A stretch of DNA of 64,000 nt from Amoebidium appalachense (Eukaryota > Protista > Ichthyosporea). Shown here piece after piece: positions 21,681-59,582 of the stretch. A program made the translations under genes and the position numbers. The notes under the pieces were generated by a model. The model was given only the letters and a program-made list of their open reading frames with translations. It had not been told where the DNA came from and did no database searches. Positions within the stretch are counted from its first letter, which is position 1; each line of letters begins with the position of its first letter. The stretch is taken from positions 19,042,125 through 19,106,124 of the forward strand of contig CAVNZM010000001.1 in NCBI GenBank assembly GCA_963693365.1, given 5' to 3'.

Positions 21681-22348
21681 CTATTCGGAATCCGACGCTT
21701 TCTTCTCAAATGCCTTCTTAAATGTATCCATTTTAATCTTAGGCTCTAGTGGCTTCTTGCTAGCCAGCTCAAGCCCTACATCCTGTGCCAATTTCTCCTG
21801 TGTTTTTTCCCACGTCTTGTTGTTGTCTGTAAACCCCCCTTGGCTCTTGCTGAACGAATTCGGCCCGGAAGATGTTGGTGTATTTTTGCCAACATTTCTC
21901 ATGCGCATGCGTGCCTCAGGGGGCATATCCTCTTCCTCCTCCTCGTCATCTCCAAGCAACGCTGCTGCCGCCGAATTGGATGAAGTGTTGGTGTGCTTTG
22001 CGGATGCTGCTGGTCCGGGCTGGGCCTTCTGTCCCAGACTGATGGATATGCCCCCCTGGTGGACACATATCCTTATCCCAGTCAGCCTGTGCATCAATGA
22101 TGCTGCAGAGCACAAGGTCTAGTAGAAAGTAAAATCGTAGACTAGCTAAAAAAATAAAAATAAAACAAAAAAAGGAACCCGTTGTCAGCTCGTGGTCGTG
22201 GTGTCAGTTTTTGAAGAAAAGTACGGGCCAGAAGATCCTACTTCCCAGCACTTTTCGATAAGGAAGCTCGAGCGTTTTTAAAAATTAAGAGAAAAAAAGA
22301 GAAAGTGGTACCGAGAAAGCAGCAGGGGGAGGAGGGGGGGTGGGGAGT

Positions 22349-22400
<52 letters not shown>

Positions 22401-22794
22401 GAGGGCCGGGGGGGAGGGGAAGGGGGGGGGGGGGGGGGGAGAGGGGGATGGGGGAGCGGAGGGGAAGAAGGGATGTAGCATTACGTAAACGTGTTAGCCG
22501 TGGCAAGCTTAAAATGCTCAAGACCGTGATAGAGCTCATGAGCTGCAGTCGTTCTTCCAGAACATCACAAGCACTACACAGAGAGGAGAAGAACGTGTTG
22601 TGACAGCCCAGAGAAGCGTAAGCACGCAAGAACGAAAAAATACAACACATCGAAAAGAACACAAGTAGAGGCACCTTCGCAGCCGGTGCAGCCGGCTTGG
22701 CACCCAGGCTGATGGATATTTTGGGCTTCTTGGCCTCCTCCTTGTTCCCCTCCTCCTCGGGACCACGTTTCTCGCTGCCTACAGGGTCACTCAT
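21681..22794 (-). CDS. PCNP: PEST proteolytic signal-containing nuclear protein (PCNP family), ~164 aa
   Basis: Exons 22675-22794 and 21681-22055 (GT-AG, phase 0). Contains [46 protein letters not shown], matching the conserved PCNP core, plus repeated ISISLG motifs. Confidence 0.9.
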
Positions 22795-23294
22795 TGTTGT
22801 TACCCCAGAACAAGTTGAACTTCGAAAAATTCAACAAAATTCTAGGCGCACCCGAGCGGAAACCGAACCACAATTATTTTTTTCTGTAAATAGTGCTGCT
22901 TGTTCACGGAAAAACTGAAAGCTGAAGTGCTACACCCCACGTCAACTCAACACTTCCAAGCTGCACCACGGCGTCCTGGGCGGGCCATCACACGCATTCA
23001 TACGGACAGGCGGACAGACAGAGCTGCTGGCTGCCGGCCGCACTTGAAGACTTCGCTTACTCTGCTGGCTGATCGAAGTTGATAATGTTTTGCGTAATTT
23101 TTTTTTACGTTTAGCTTACCTGTCACTTCAAGGCACGGTCGAGACTGGCAGCTACTAGTAGCGAAGCTTTAGCAGAGTGGCATAGAAGCAAAGTCTCAAG
23201 GTCACCTTTGTCGGGGGTGTTGAAAAGTTGGCTCTAGCTTGCTGTTTGTGTGTCCTCATCAGTGTACGGGGCACGCGGCTGCACAGTCGCCACC
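22795..23294. promoter_or_regulatory. Probable bidirectional promoter / 5' UTRs between PCNP and SRP72
   Basis: Divergent start codons 500 bp apart, and the interval is free of the microsatellites that fill the introns. Confidence 0.55.
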
Positions 23295-36375
<13,081 letters not shown>

Positions 36376-37884
36376 ACCCGCCACGTGCAGTGTCGGGGGT
36401 ATTCATCCAGAAAAACATTCCCTGTGTTGAATGTGAACCCTTAATGTGCTGGTGTTGTTCATTTCCAGCATGCTTGTGCATCCTTTTTAGATTACAAAAT
36501 GAAAGTCATTTTTTGGATGGATTTAAACTAGTATTTATGTGAGGCTCGATTCCATGGTCGGGAAATGCCCAGAAGACAAAGCGATTTTAGCAACATATGG
36601 TTGCCACGTTAGGTGTTTCTAAGTCTCGTGCAGGGAATTGCATATGAGAAATTTGGCAGAAGCCGCCGCACGCATGCAGATTCTAAAGTTGGCCATTCGG
36701 TTTGAGGTAAAATGTTGAAGAGCTGGTATATGTGGTGTTGTGTGCAGGCCAGCATCTAATAGATACAGAAATTTGCTTCTGTTGTTTAAAACTTTGCGCA
36801 CGCACATGGTTGGTATTATTCCAAACAAAACTAATGGACCAAAACATCTGCCTGGAGCTGGCGAGGTGAACTATATATTAGTAACCGTTTGTCAACTACG
36901 TACATGAAAGGTGCAAAGCGCAAGCAGTTCCCCGCAAGTCGGGGCGCGCTTGAGGAAGGCGGCCATTGTTTGACCCTAAGGCAGCCATGGACTCTGGGTG
37001 GGTGGGTGGGTGGGTGTGGATGGGTGTCTGTGTGTATGTGTGGGTGTGGATGTGTGTGGATGTGTAGATATGGGTGTGGGTGTTGTGGGGCTGGTGGGGT
37101 GATTGCAAGGAGGGGTTACGATGTCACCCCATGGTGCATTCCCCCCATGATCCCCACGTACCCTCCCCTTGAACCTGGGCTGGTGGGGTGGCCTGTCCCC
37201 CCTCCCCCCTCTCCCCAGCCCCCCCCCCCCCCCCCCCCCCCCAATGATGGGGGCTCATCCGTTCGTGCTGTGGTCGACACTGTGTGTGTGTACAATGTCA
37301 TGTGTGTGCACGTGATCACATGTGTGTTATGGGTGGTTTGCCAATGTGTGTTTCTAAATAGGTTTGTGACACTGTGTGCTTGCCGCATGGTGCCAGCATG
37401 TGTTGTTAATGCAACAACATGAATCAGATACCCGATAGTCATTCTGTCTGCAGTGCCGCGCTTCTATCTGTGTGTACATGTATGCGCAATGCTGTGTGTG
37501 TACACGTAGGAGTGTGTGTTCGTTTGACAATGTGCGCACGCCATGGGTGCATGCGCAATTGCATTCCTTGTTCTTACGAGCTATGCAATGGTTTCTTTTC
37601 CGGGACCCGCATGGCCTGCATGCATGGCGTTCTCACACAACCTGATCGAGATTATGTACTAGCCAATAGGAAGACAGTTATGGTTCCTGGCGTATGCGGC
37701 CCCAGGCGGTCCCCAAGTACGCGGGGGCGGGATAGGCGGGAACAGGGTAAGTACGTGACTCGGAAGAGCAGGAATAAACAAATAGACTATACTATCATAA
37801 CAATAGCCTTAGTGGCACGGTTGTGGTCGTTTTTTTCCCTTTTTCGATCCACAGAACCGTGTATTGTTTGCTCACCTTGGTCCC

Positions 37885-37931
<47 letters not shown>

Positions 37932-38124
37932 ATATCCCCGATAGTTGGTTTGTTCCGATTGAATAGTGCGAGAGATAAGCGCAATACATATTGATATGCA
38001 CCGGTCCCTCCGAAGCTTCCCTCCTTGTATGTATCATGGCATTGTCAATGACTATCTGCCTCCACTTGCCTGCATACTAATATATCATCCCCCCCCCCCC
38101 TCCTCCCCCCCCCTCCTCCCCCCC

Positions 38125-38158
<34 letters not shown>

Positions 38159-38196
38159 ACACACACACACCACCACCACCACCAAAAAGAAAAAAA

Positions 38197-38300
38197 GGAT
38201 GGGCTCTACTTATGATGCATAAACAGTGATGTGTACATGCACTTTGCCACCTTCACTATGTTGCTTGTGATGAAGAGTACTTTGTACTCTGTGATGGATC
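38197..38300 (+). mobile_element. Repeat family R1, degenerate intergenic copy
   Basis: GGATGGGCTCTACTTATGATGCATA...GTACTTTGTACTCTGT resembles the R1 3' half and is followed by a C-rich tract. Confidence 0.4.
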
Positions 38301-40338
38301 CCTTCCCCCTCCCGTAAGCCTCTCCCCCCCCCCCCCCCCCCCTTCCCCCTCCCCCGGCCCCGGCCTCCCAGCCCTAGGTGGGTGCCGCAGCACTAAAGCT
38401 AGCCACCACCAACACCACCAACACCCTTCTCTCCTCTTCTCCCTTGCCTTAGTCCCTATCACCATCTGCTTTTTTTAACACCACATGTGTACACACGGTG
38501 ACCCCAAACCAGCCTGCCTCCAATCCCCCCCCCCCCCCCCCTCCTCTCTCTCCCTCCCCCCCCCCCCCCCCCCCCCCCCCCCCAGCTTGCTCCTGGCTTC
38601 CCAAGTGACCCAGGACTTCTCTCCGGTCGCTTAATATATAGGACTATGCCAAGTTAAGGAAAATGGGCCGCTGCATAAAGACAGCTGCATAGTAGGCTGA
38701 GCAACCTTAAATATCTAGAGACCAATTAACAGACTGTCGCGTCGTATGGGTGCGTGAGTGGGGGGGGGGGGGGTGGGAGGGAAGGTGGTGGTGGTGGTAC
38801 CCGGTGCCGGGTGGTGGTGGTGGGGAGGGGGGAGGGGAAGAGAAGAGAGAGGGGGGGGGGGGGGGGGAAGGAGGGGGGGGGGGGGGGGGGGAAGAACCCA
38901 AAGAGGGGAAGGGAAGGGAGGAGAGGGTGTGTGTGTGGGGGGGGGGGGGAGATATCGATGCAACCGGCGCTGCACGGGAGGGTCCCGGGTGTTTGGTTTA
39001 AAAATCGGTGCTAATATTTGCTATCGACAATGTGGCCGAGCCCCAGCCTAAAATGCCTTCAATCCCCTAGAATGCCTTCAATCCAATCTGTCCAAACAGC
39101 CAACACCTGTCCTGCACTTCTTTCCGCAGGGGATGGAGGGGGGGAAGGGGGAGGTGAGGTAGGGGGGGGGGGGGAGGGGGAGGGGGGGGGGGGGGGGGGA
39201 GGGGGGGGGGGGGGGGCGGGGAATACGACGGTCGTCCCCTCACACCTGCAATGATTGGACAAGACTGTCCCGAGCCGATGACGTATAAGCAGGGGAGAAC
39301 GATTCCCCAGCGACCCTCTGGCGGGGGGTTTGTAGGGGCCCCCGCATTTAGGGCCCAGACACACACAGGGTTATGGGTTTTGGGTTTATTGGTAAATATT
39401 ATCAGAGACAAGTTGTATTTTCTTTTTAGCAACCTAAGCTATGTCAGCAATCACCCTATATCTAGGTGCTTTCGTCGTATACACCTATCTCCGGGGGGGG
39501 GAGGGGGGGGGAGGGATGCAAGAGGGGGGGGGGGGGGGGGGGGGAGGGAGGGAGGGCAAGAGGTGGCGGGGGAGGGGGGGGGGGGAGGGGGGGGGGGGGG
39601 GGGGGGGGGGAGGCGGTTGAGGGGGCAGAATACGAAAGGGGGGAGGGGGGAGGAGGGGAGCTCGAGGGGGAGACGGGGGAAGGAGGAAATTGATCCGAGA
39701 TGAGAAGAAGGGTTGTGCGAGCATCATGATAACTTGGCTACACAGACCGCTCATGGAATATGCATGAAGCCAGACCGTTTTTGCGTGCTTGCCAAATTAT
39801 TTATTACTGTTATTATTAGTTGTTTTTCGTCATGCCGTGGTTCCCCCGGAGGAGCCCCACTCAAAAACCTACTTATAAAAATAAACAGAGGCTCTCATTG
39901 GTTCATCTACGTTGCGTCAAAATCTGTCGTGTTCACGTCGCAAAACTGCTTGCCAGAAATGTGATGGTGCTTACGGTGGATATGGGTGTGGGATAGGGAA
40001 TGGTGGTGGTGATTTGCTACTGCCTACGAGTATATTATCATAGTGGACCAATTTGCTTTTATGTTATATGCTAACAGCCGGTGTTTGCACGGTTGGGTGG
40101 GTCTATGTGTGTGTCGGCACACCTGGGATAATGATTCGTTGTGTGTGTGTGGAGGGATTGTTGATGTCTGTTTGGTGAGTCGGTAGCCGTTAAAATAAAA
40201 AACCGTTCCCAACACTCACGAAAGCAAATCAAACTTGGGTAAAACCAATGTAAGCAGGTTCAACTAGGGACACGCTGATGTGCAACTGTTTTTCCCAGAC
40301 CAGCCCACGCAGCGGAGGCAATTCAGAAACAAACACCT

Positions 40339-40376
<38 letters not shown>

Positions 40377-40595
40377 GGAGGGTGTTATGCTTTGTGAATA
40401 TTTTTTAGTTTTTATTTTATCTCGTTTTGTTTTCAGAGGGACCCCCCAGAGGGCCCTCATAGGAACTACCGTCTTCCACACAGTACCTCCTGTACGCCAT
40501 AGTTAAGGTGCTAAAGGTGCAATCAACTGACTTAAAGTCTAAACAGTTACCAAACCTGGCTACTAGTGCACACTTAGCCCAGGGGTTGCACTCTA

Positions 40596-41093
40596 CAGTC
40601 ACCGACATGAAGCTTCCGCCAATCACAGAGCCTAGTTCGGCCCTCCGTACGTGATCTTCATCCAATCGAACAGGATTAGATCTATGGAATTCGACGCTCA
40701 TTGGCTGTGGAAAAAAGCAGGCCAAGCAGAGGGAATGAATGTCGCATTGTGAGGGGGCAAAAAAAGGTGGCACGGGTGCCAACCGTGGCGTTGAAAGCGT
40801 ACATGTTTGGAAGCCCTAAAGACCAGAACTGGCTATAAAAAGCTTGTATGCTTAGTTATGTTTTCATTTTGCGATGCCAAGAACAAAAATTATCGCCAAT
40901 AGTGATTTAATAGGTCCAAAATAGTGCCCCGATATAATGCAGATAAAATCGAGCGGATTGTAACCAATCAAATCTTCAATGGAATTTGCCCCCGCTCATT
41001 CTAATAATGCGCTGCACTGATAATGGCCAAATCAAAATGCTTAACTTTTGTTTACATAGGTTGTTATTGGCGGAAATATCATGTCGGTGACTG
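40596..41093. mobile_element. Tc1/mariner-type MITE (TA target-site duplication)
   Basis: TA|CAGTCACCGACATGAAGCTTCCGCCAAT ... ATTGGCGGAAATATCATGTCGGTGACTG|TA. ~30-bp TIRs, 498 bp, no transposase ORF. Confidence 0.82.
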
Positions 41094-41347
41094 TAGGCTT
41101 GCCGTTGTGCTTATGATTAGAGGGTTCAACCGAATAGAGGAAGTGGACACACTAAAAGACAAAACTGGGGAGGTGGAGGTGGGGGCGGCGGCGGCGGGTG
41201 GGTGGGTGGGTGGGGGGGGGGGGTAGGTAGGCTGGGGGGTAAGTTGAGTTTTTGGTTGTGGTGGTGGTGGGGTGTGTGTGCGGGGATCAGACAGTGAGGG
41301 TACAGGGAGGGCACCAATACGCGGCTGTGTCTAAACACGCGCCTGCG

Positions 41348-41397
<50 letters not shown>

Positions 41398-41957
41398 AAG
41401 CACAAGGAAAGTGTAACACACAAATTATACATAATTAATTGAATTACACGCCCGGAAAGCATGCAAAGAGGGAGTCGAGAAACATTATACCCCTCTTTGT
41501 TGCAGCCGGCAAATCATTTATTTACATATTCTATATACAAGCATAAGCGTGCTACATTGACGTTACGTCGACGTCGTAATTATTGATTAGGGAAAACGGT
41601 CCTTAGTTGCACATAAAAGCGGCAATAGAAGCGGCATGTACGCAATCCCTCCTCCCCTCCCCCCCCCCCCCCCCTCCCCCCGTCCTTACCCCCGCCTCCA
41701 AACAAATCCTGTAACCCTGTCCCCTTCCCCTTACTCCCCCATCACCAACGATTGTATTCCGTGTCCATTCAACTTATAACATCCCCCCCCCCCCCCCCCC
41801 CCCACCGCCTTCCCCCCCCCCCCTTCCCCCCCCCCCCCCCCTCCCCCCCCTCCGCCGCACCCATCACCGGGTCCCACCCAAAGAAATCCTAGTACATAAC
41901 GATAAAAACTGCAACGCTATGCGTAAACCTAAAGCGGCAGACTGTCTAATAAAACTA

Positions 41958-42623
41958 CTATACCGGAAAAAGTTTCACATTATAACCACCCTCGGCGGCA
42001 CCATGTCTTGCCGAGGGGCTACCATTCTGCTCCATGCAGGCTATGATGTCATCGACACTGGGCAACGACTCTACACTCTCCTGCATATCGTACGTGAGTG
42101 GCTCATCAGCACGGGACAGCTCGCTCTCTTGACGCTCCAGCCCTATGCTTTGTTTTATTTCCCTAAACGTCTCCCTTGCACTTTTGAGTGTTAAATCTAC
42201 AAAACTTTCTTCCAATCCCGAATCTTCGCCCTCGCTTCCCGTTGTCTGTTCGGCATTGCTGGGGATCAGTTTTAGTTTGTCTTCGAAATCATCCAGAATC
42301 CTCGAAAGTCCTCTGAAAGATGAACTGCCTGTTTCGAGTGTCGTTTTTACGTCTTCGTTTATTACCCTTTCGGCAGCGGCGGCGGTTGCGGTTGTTGTTG
42401 AAGACAGTGAAAAACGTTTGGTAAGGGACTTGAAGGTAGTAAGTGCTTCGGTCGAAGCCGAATGTCGCGTCTGGCTCACCTGAGTACTTGGTACTGCATT
42501 TCCTAATGCAACGTCAAGAGCTGTTTCACTACCTTTATTTTCACCAATTCCACTGGAAAGGCTGGAGAGTGATATTTTTTTCGTAAGGGCCTTCCAGGCC
42601 GTCATCGTGTCCGCAGATGCCAT
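41958..42623 (-). CDS. Hypothetical intronless Ser/Thr-rich protein, ~221 aa
   Basis: Long open frame in non-repetitive, coding-like sequence. ATG at 42623 in ACCATGG context, stop TAG at 41958-41960. No recognisable domain. Confidence 0.6.
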   Translation of the reverse strand: MASADTMTAWKALTKKISLSSLSSGIGENKGSETALDVALGNAVPSTQVSQTRHSASTEALTTFKSLTKRFSLSSTTTATAAAAERVINEDVKTTLETGSSSFRGLSRILDDFEDKLKLIPSNAEQTTGSEGEDSGLEESFVDLTLKSARETFREIKQSIGLERQESELSRADEPLTYDMQESVESLPSVDDIIACMEQNGSPSARHGAAEGGYNVKLFPV

Positions 42624-42949
42624 GGTCACCGTTATTCGGTATAAGTCTGCTCGGTGATGTGATCAATACTGGGTTCACCTAAACATAACCAATTTGCAGG
42701 TATTCAACTACTGTAGCTCCTGTAAAAACTGAGGCAGTATGTAAAAAGCTTTATCTACAAACTATCTAGAACTAATAACAACAAAATCCTAAAAACCGGA
42801 GGCACGTCGGCAAGGACGGTCACATGATTGTGCCCGTGGGAGCACGAAAACAAAGGGTTGATGTTGGTGGGTGCTGCCGATTTGCCGTTAGCTGCAAAAT
42901 GAACAGGTTGGCGTAGGATTTGTCCTTTTATCTTTTGCACTGTACATAT

Positions 42950-43300
42950 TTTGCTCCTGCTGAAATACTAATACGGTTTTTTTTCCTAAAAAGAGAAACT
43001 TCTACACACGTTTGTGTTCAAAGTAAGCTATTTAGAGTTCAAGTTGCAACCAGCTCAGCGGCAGCCTGCAGGTGACTCGTTTGTTGAAAATGGAATCTCT
43101 GGGTGGTGCGGCTTTTACCAATCAACATCCAGCATTTCAGGTGACCAATCAAATGACCGTACGTGGTGCCTGGTCAAAGCAGGTCGCTGACGGTTCGAGT
43201 CACAAACTTGACCCGGGAAGCTCCCATCATTTCTTTGGTTCAAAGAGTGAGTCTGTGTAGCTGGGCTGCAACACATGTTAACTTCCTCGTGTAGCCTATA
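42950..43300. promoter_or_regulatory. Possible divergent promoter region between the orphan gene and the IQSEC-like gene
   Basis: Repeat-free interval between divergent genes with two CCAATCA boxes (about 43118 and 43145). Positional inference only. Confidence 0.3.
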
Positions 43301-44470
43301 TATACCAAATTATAGGGAGCTTTTGTTTTTTTCCCAACTGCATTGATTTGTGCGTTTACTTTTATTTTCTCTAGTATTCTAGCGATCATAATCTATGCAC
43401 AACGCCGCCTGCAGTATGTAGATAGCCATTTCGTTGGTGGCCCGAACTGTGATGATTTGATTCGACCCGAAAGTTTTTAGCACAGCAAAGTGAGCAAACT
43501 CTCGTCTCCCTAGACTCCCAGTCATCCATTTCCGCAGCGCTGTGGGTTGAGCTCAGCGGCTGCTGTTCACTGCAAATCAACGCAACTTAGCTTGCGGTGT
43601 CACGTGAAATTCTACAGTCAAGCAAGAAGATAATTCACATCAGAAAACGCACACACGTGTGTTTGTAGTTCTGTTTTAATATTCTTGTAGATCATGTGTG
43701 TAGACTTTCAGAGGTTTCAAGCACCTATAGAACAAGAGGGCACTTCACCAAGGATAAGGCACCAAGATCTGTCGTCACTTACGAGGCAATCTCATTGAAA
43801 CAGTTGTCAGAATTTTAATGGCCCCGGATATGCACAGATTCCCTCAAACCTATTGAGTCAAGCAGAAAGTTGTCACAAGTTAAGTCATTTAGGGATTTTC
43901 TCAGACCTTAGCTACACCAAGAAATGTCCTAGGACGATGCACAGAGCAGTCCTTGAGATAGTCGACAAACAGATGTGGGGTGCATGTTCGCTTACCCTGT
44001 GTACCGCTTAACCAAGAAACGGTAAGTTACTACACCAACCATAAGCGTCTTGAATGGTTCACACATGTCACGGGTGGAGAAGTAGTAAAATACCAACTTG
44101 AACATCACCATGTGCGAACTGGTTGGATGGAGCTTCCATACCTTCCTCGGTACTCTTCTAGCTCTACACTCTCACCAATTGCAATGAAAACTTTAAGATC
44201 CTCCTGGTTGTTTTACCCGATTACATTCTTGTTTTGAAGGCATCATTTCTGCAGCGAAAGCATTTGTGCGTAGAGGGCGCTGAGCCAGTACGTTGTGTTT
44301 GCGAATATTTCTGTGTGGGTGCTCTTTTGTGCATCTTCTTGATTGCGACAGACCAAGCGCTAGCAGCACTGACCCTCTCTCGTTTCCACAGCTGCAGGGG
44401 GCACTTCGTAAACGATAGACTCCGAACATAGTCACGACACTCCCTCAATTTGTAGTGATAACTTGCGAAC

Positions 44471-55646
<11,176 letters not shown>

Positions 55647-56880
55647 ACAATTGGTTTGTATGAAGGGTTTTCTTGACAGTTGATTTGTGGGGAGACGTCT
55701 AACAAAAGGTTCAGTGACACATTATTATTGTTATGAGACTGATGTAACGGACGCGAACGCACAAACGATCAAGTTGAATTATATAGTCGGTGATTGAGAG
55801 ATAGCACAGCTACGAAACTAGAAGTTTTGCCGCTACTGTGGACACGCGCGCGCGCACACACACACACACACACACGTCACCAACTGCCAATCACAACTTA
55901 GTCTTTATCACATATGTGTGAGTGGATCAAGCACGATCATCCTGTATTCTTAATGGCTGCATGTCTACTATGTAACCAGTTGTGTTAACTTTATTATACT
56001 ACACACTAAATTTTTTAATTTGTGTACAATCTAAAGTTAGATTTGCTTTGACGTCGATCTCAACTGCAGGTCTGGAGTTTTTCATAACATACACATGGAG
56101 CAATATGTATCACTAAGGTTCGAACAGGCACAAAAGAGTTTTTTGTGCAACTCGGATTAAAGATCTACCTTTTTTTGCAATGGCGCCCCCCCCCCCCCCC
56201 CCGGGGTCCCCCCTTCCTCCCTCCCCCCCCCCTTCTTCCCCTCCCACATCCACCCACCCACCAACCCCTCTTCCCCTTCAACCCCTTCCCTCCCCCCCCC
56301 CCCCCCCCCCCCCCCCCCTCTTCCCCTCCCACATGCACACCCACCCACCCCCACCCTTCCAACTCCCCCCCCCCCCCCCCCCTCCCCCCACCCACCCTCT
56401 TCCCCTCCCACACCCACCCCATCCGCCCATACACACAAACACACACAATGTGACACGGAGGAAGTGTCCGTTATTCGTGCTTGTTTTCCCGGCAGCGCTC
56501 ACTATGATTGCTGCTGATAAGTGGATGTGTTGGGAACCACGTGCTTTAGGGGTTAGAGTCGGTTTCCAAAAGGTATGAAGGTCATCAGGGAATGCCCTTA
56601 TGACTCAGACTGCCGCGCTCGAAGCATGCAAGTGTCGTTGGCCTGCGCAATAGTTCCGGGGGAGGGGGGAGGGTCTTTATTATCTATTTATTTTGTGCGC
56701 GCGCGTGTGCAGAGGGACGGGGGGAGGGGGGGGGGGGGTTGTCTTGCTCTTTTTTCTCGTCCTCCTTTTACGGTATTCTGCACCTTTGGGTGGGTACCGG
56801 CACCCATATGGTGCACAGGCAGTCGCTGTGCAATGTCTTATTTCACATACAATCTTGATCTTCAGCCATGGCAGAAATTA

Positions 56881-56912
<32 letters not shown>

Positions 56913-57486
56913 CCCCCCCCCCCTCCCCTTCCCCCCCCCCCCTCCCCTCCCCACCAACCTAAAACCCTTCGCCCAAACTGAAGTCAATCAATTGCAGCAA
57001 AAGGGGAAAAAAGAAAAAAAGACAAGAAATAATTCACATGTGCCCTGGTAACTGCACCTGTTTGGTACTGATATGCACACACAGCCGTACCTTCCCACAG
57101 ACAGTCATCGCGACTCATTTTATATACTGATATGTTATGTACAATGTGCCCACAGGCTGATATTAGTGTGTAGCACAAAAACATTATGAGTGCAAGGACA
57201 AGGTACTATACATATACTAAATATCTATACCGATGAACTGTGTATCATGTCCGAGTGTCGCAATAACAAACTCTCTCGCCCCATTACCGAGTGTGTGAGG
57301 AACTGTTACAGCAAGGAAAATACGCCAGGATTAATTGGAGTGCGCGCCTCAAGGAAGATTAAAGAATGCACCGACCAATTACACAAATAAATGCATACAT
57401 AGGCCTGCAAACAAAGGCCAAAGTACATGTTAACATCTCATGCACAGAACTTCAGATGCATTCAGTATCATTTCCTGCTGCCTTAA

Positions 57487-57738
57487 AGCAACCACTTCTA
57501 CTCCCATTTTAGCCGCCGGGCGGCGAGCCACATTGGTGACGTCATTCTGTGCACAACTTGCATAAAGCCGTGTAGGCGCCGGGCTGAAAAGGGCGCGAAG
57601 AAGCTGGCTCTGTTCTATGTCGACATCGGAAATGTGACACATTATAATTGAGTCTCTTGATTGGTGAGACACATTTGAGAAATGTGGCTCTCGGGTGGTC
57701 AGCACCCAGACGCTAAAATGGGAGAAGCGTGGTTGGTT
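57487..57738. mobile_element. TTAA-flanked MITE related to the 35120-35386 element
   Basis: TTAA|AGCAACCACTTCTACTCCCATTTTAGC ... GCTAAAATGGGAGAAGCGTGGTTGGTT|TTAA. Shares termini and the internal GTGACGTCATTCTGTG with the foldback element. Confidence 0.75.
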
Positions 57739-58217
57739 TTAAGCTGTAATATGTCATTCGGCCCCATCATTTTCTTTTAACTACACCAGTCACCACCCTC
57801 CTTCCCCCCTCCCACACATACACCTTGTCCTCACACCCCTCCCCGCCATCCGATGCACACACCCTCCCATCCTTCCTCTCTACCCTATGTGCATGTTCCC
57901 CATCCCCACCCACATCATCGGCCTCGCTTCTCCTTCTTTGTCTCTCCTTTTTCCTCCATATGTCTTCTATCTGATCTCGCCTGCGACACTCAACCTTGTT
58001 CTCTTTCGTCTTTTTACTCGTCTTTATAGCCATTTTCCCATTCCCCCTCTCGCTTTTTGGAGGTGTCTTCTCATCTCCTAGTTGCCATTTTGTCGTTCCA
58101 CCTCCCTTTTTGGGTTTCGGGGTTGAGATCGATGAAGAATCCCCCTGGAAACGAGTTATGTTCAGCAAACCCTCATTCCGTACCAATACGAGTAATACCA
58201 GTTGTCAACTATGGCTG

Positions 58218-58908
58218 CTAGATCGCACACACATGACAGGAACAAAGTGGAATGCAAAGCTCAGAACGTATTAGCTGTAGGGAAAAAGTGAAGAGCACGA
58301 GTGTTTAGCAACATGGTTGAATAAACTCAGGGGTCCTCTCTACTCAACCTCTCACGTATGTCCCCCATCCCCCCCCCCCCCCCCCTCCCCCTCTACTCCT
58401 CCCCCCCCCCCCCCCATCCTTTTTTGGAAAGATCATAACAATAACCACCACCGCCACCACCACAACAACCAAAAAAGAAACAAAGAAAGAAGGGGGAGAA
58501 AGGAGAGAGGCGATTAGGTCGTGAACGCATGGCCACTCGTACTTCCACTTGGCTTGCTTCTTTCCTTTGGCCTCTTTGCTTTTTCTCTTTTTCGTTCATT
58601 TTTTTTCCGGGGGGGAGGAGAGGGAAGGGGAAGGAGCACCCACCGTTGTATGCTTCGTCATATCATCTGTCTTTGTCCAACAATGAATGGCTGGTTCGAC
58701 TGAACATGGATCGGGCTGCTTGCATGTCTGCGCCTGTGAGTGTCCGTGTGTCTATGTATGTATGCGTGTGTGAGTGTCAGTGTGAATGTGAGTGTGTGAG
58801 TGTGATTGTGAGTATGAGTGTGGGTGTGGGTGTGAGTGTGAGTGTGTGAGGGTGTGAGTGTGCACGCGCGCGCGTGCGCGCGTCCGTGCGTGTGTGTGTG
58901 TGTGTGTG

Positions 58909-58945
<37 letters not shown>

Positions 58946-59528
58946 AATGGAAATTGGGAAGGGTAGTTTTAGGGTCTACTGTTAGTTCATATGGCTGAAG
59001 AGTGTAAAGGATGCACGGGGCAAGAACCAAATGGATAACTGCAATCGATTTGCCTCCATAGGGTTTTTCTTGCAGTCAAACTCGTTCCCGGATTTTGGTG
59101 TGCACATGACGACACTAGCAATGATGGGGACGAGGAGGAATGATGATATGTTAAGAAATGAAAGGTAAAGCTGCCGAGGGAGGAGGCTGTGGGAGGGGAG
59201 AAGGGGCTCGTGAAAGGGGGAGGGGGGGAACGGGGGGTTGATGATCAAATTCGTTTAACTAGTAGGGCACTTCTGTGTGTTAAACACGTGCCTGTGTGTG
59301 TGTGAGGGTGTGTGTGTGCCTATGTCCAAGAATACGGATGTGTGTGTGCTGGATCTTGGTGCTTGTGCATAAACTTTTTGGTTCCCAGAACTTTAGGAGG
59401 CACAGGAGCAGATGGGGGAAAGAGGATATGTGTGTGCATGGGCCCAAATTGGTTGGGTCATTTCTGTTGGTTGTTTGCTACTCTTTTCCTTTCTTTCTTT
59501 CTTTCTTTCTTTTTCTTTTTCTTTTTTT

Positions 59529-59582
<54 letters not shown>

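Noticed and set aside
43160-43210. tRNA-like B box GGTTCGAGTC
   Set aside because: No cloverleaf or acceptor stem can be built around it.
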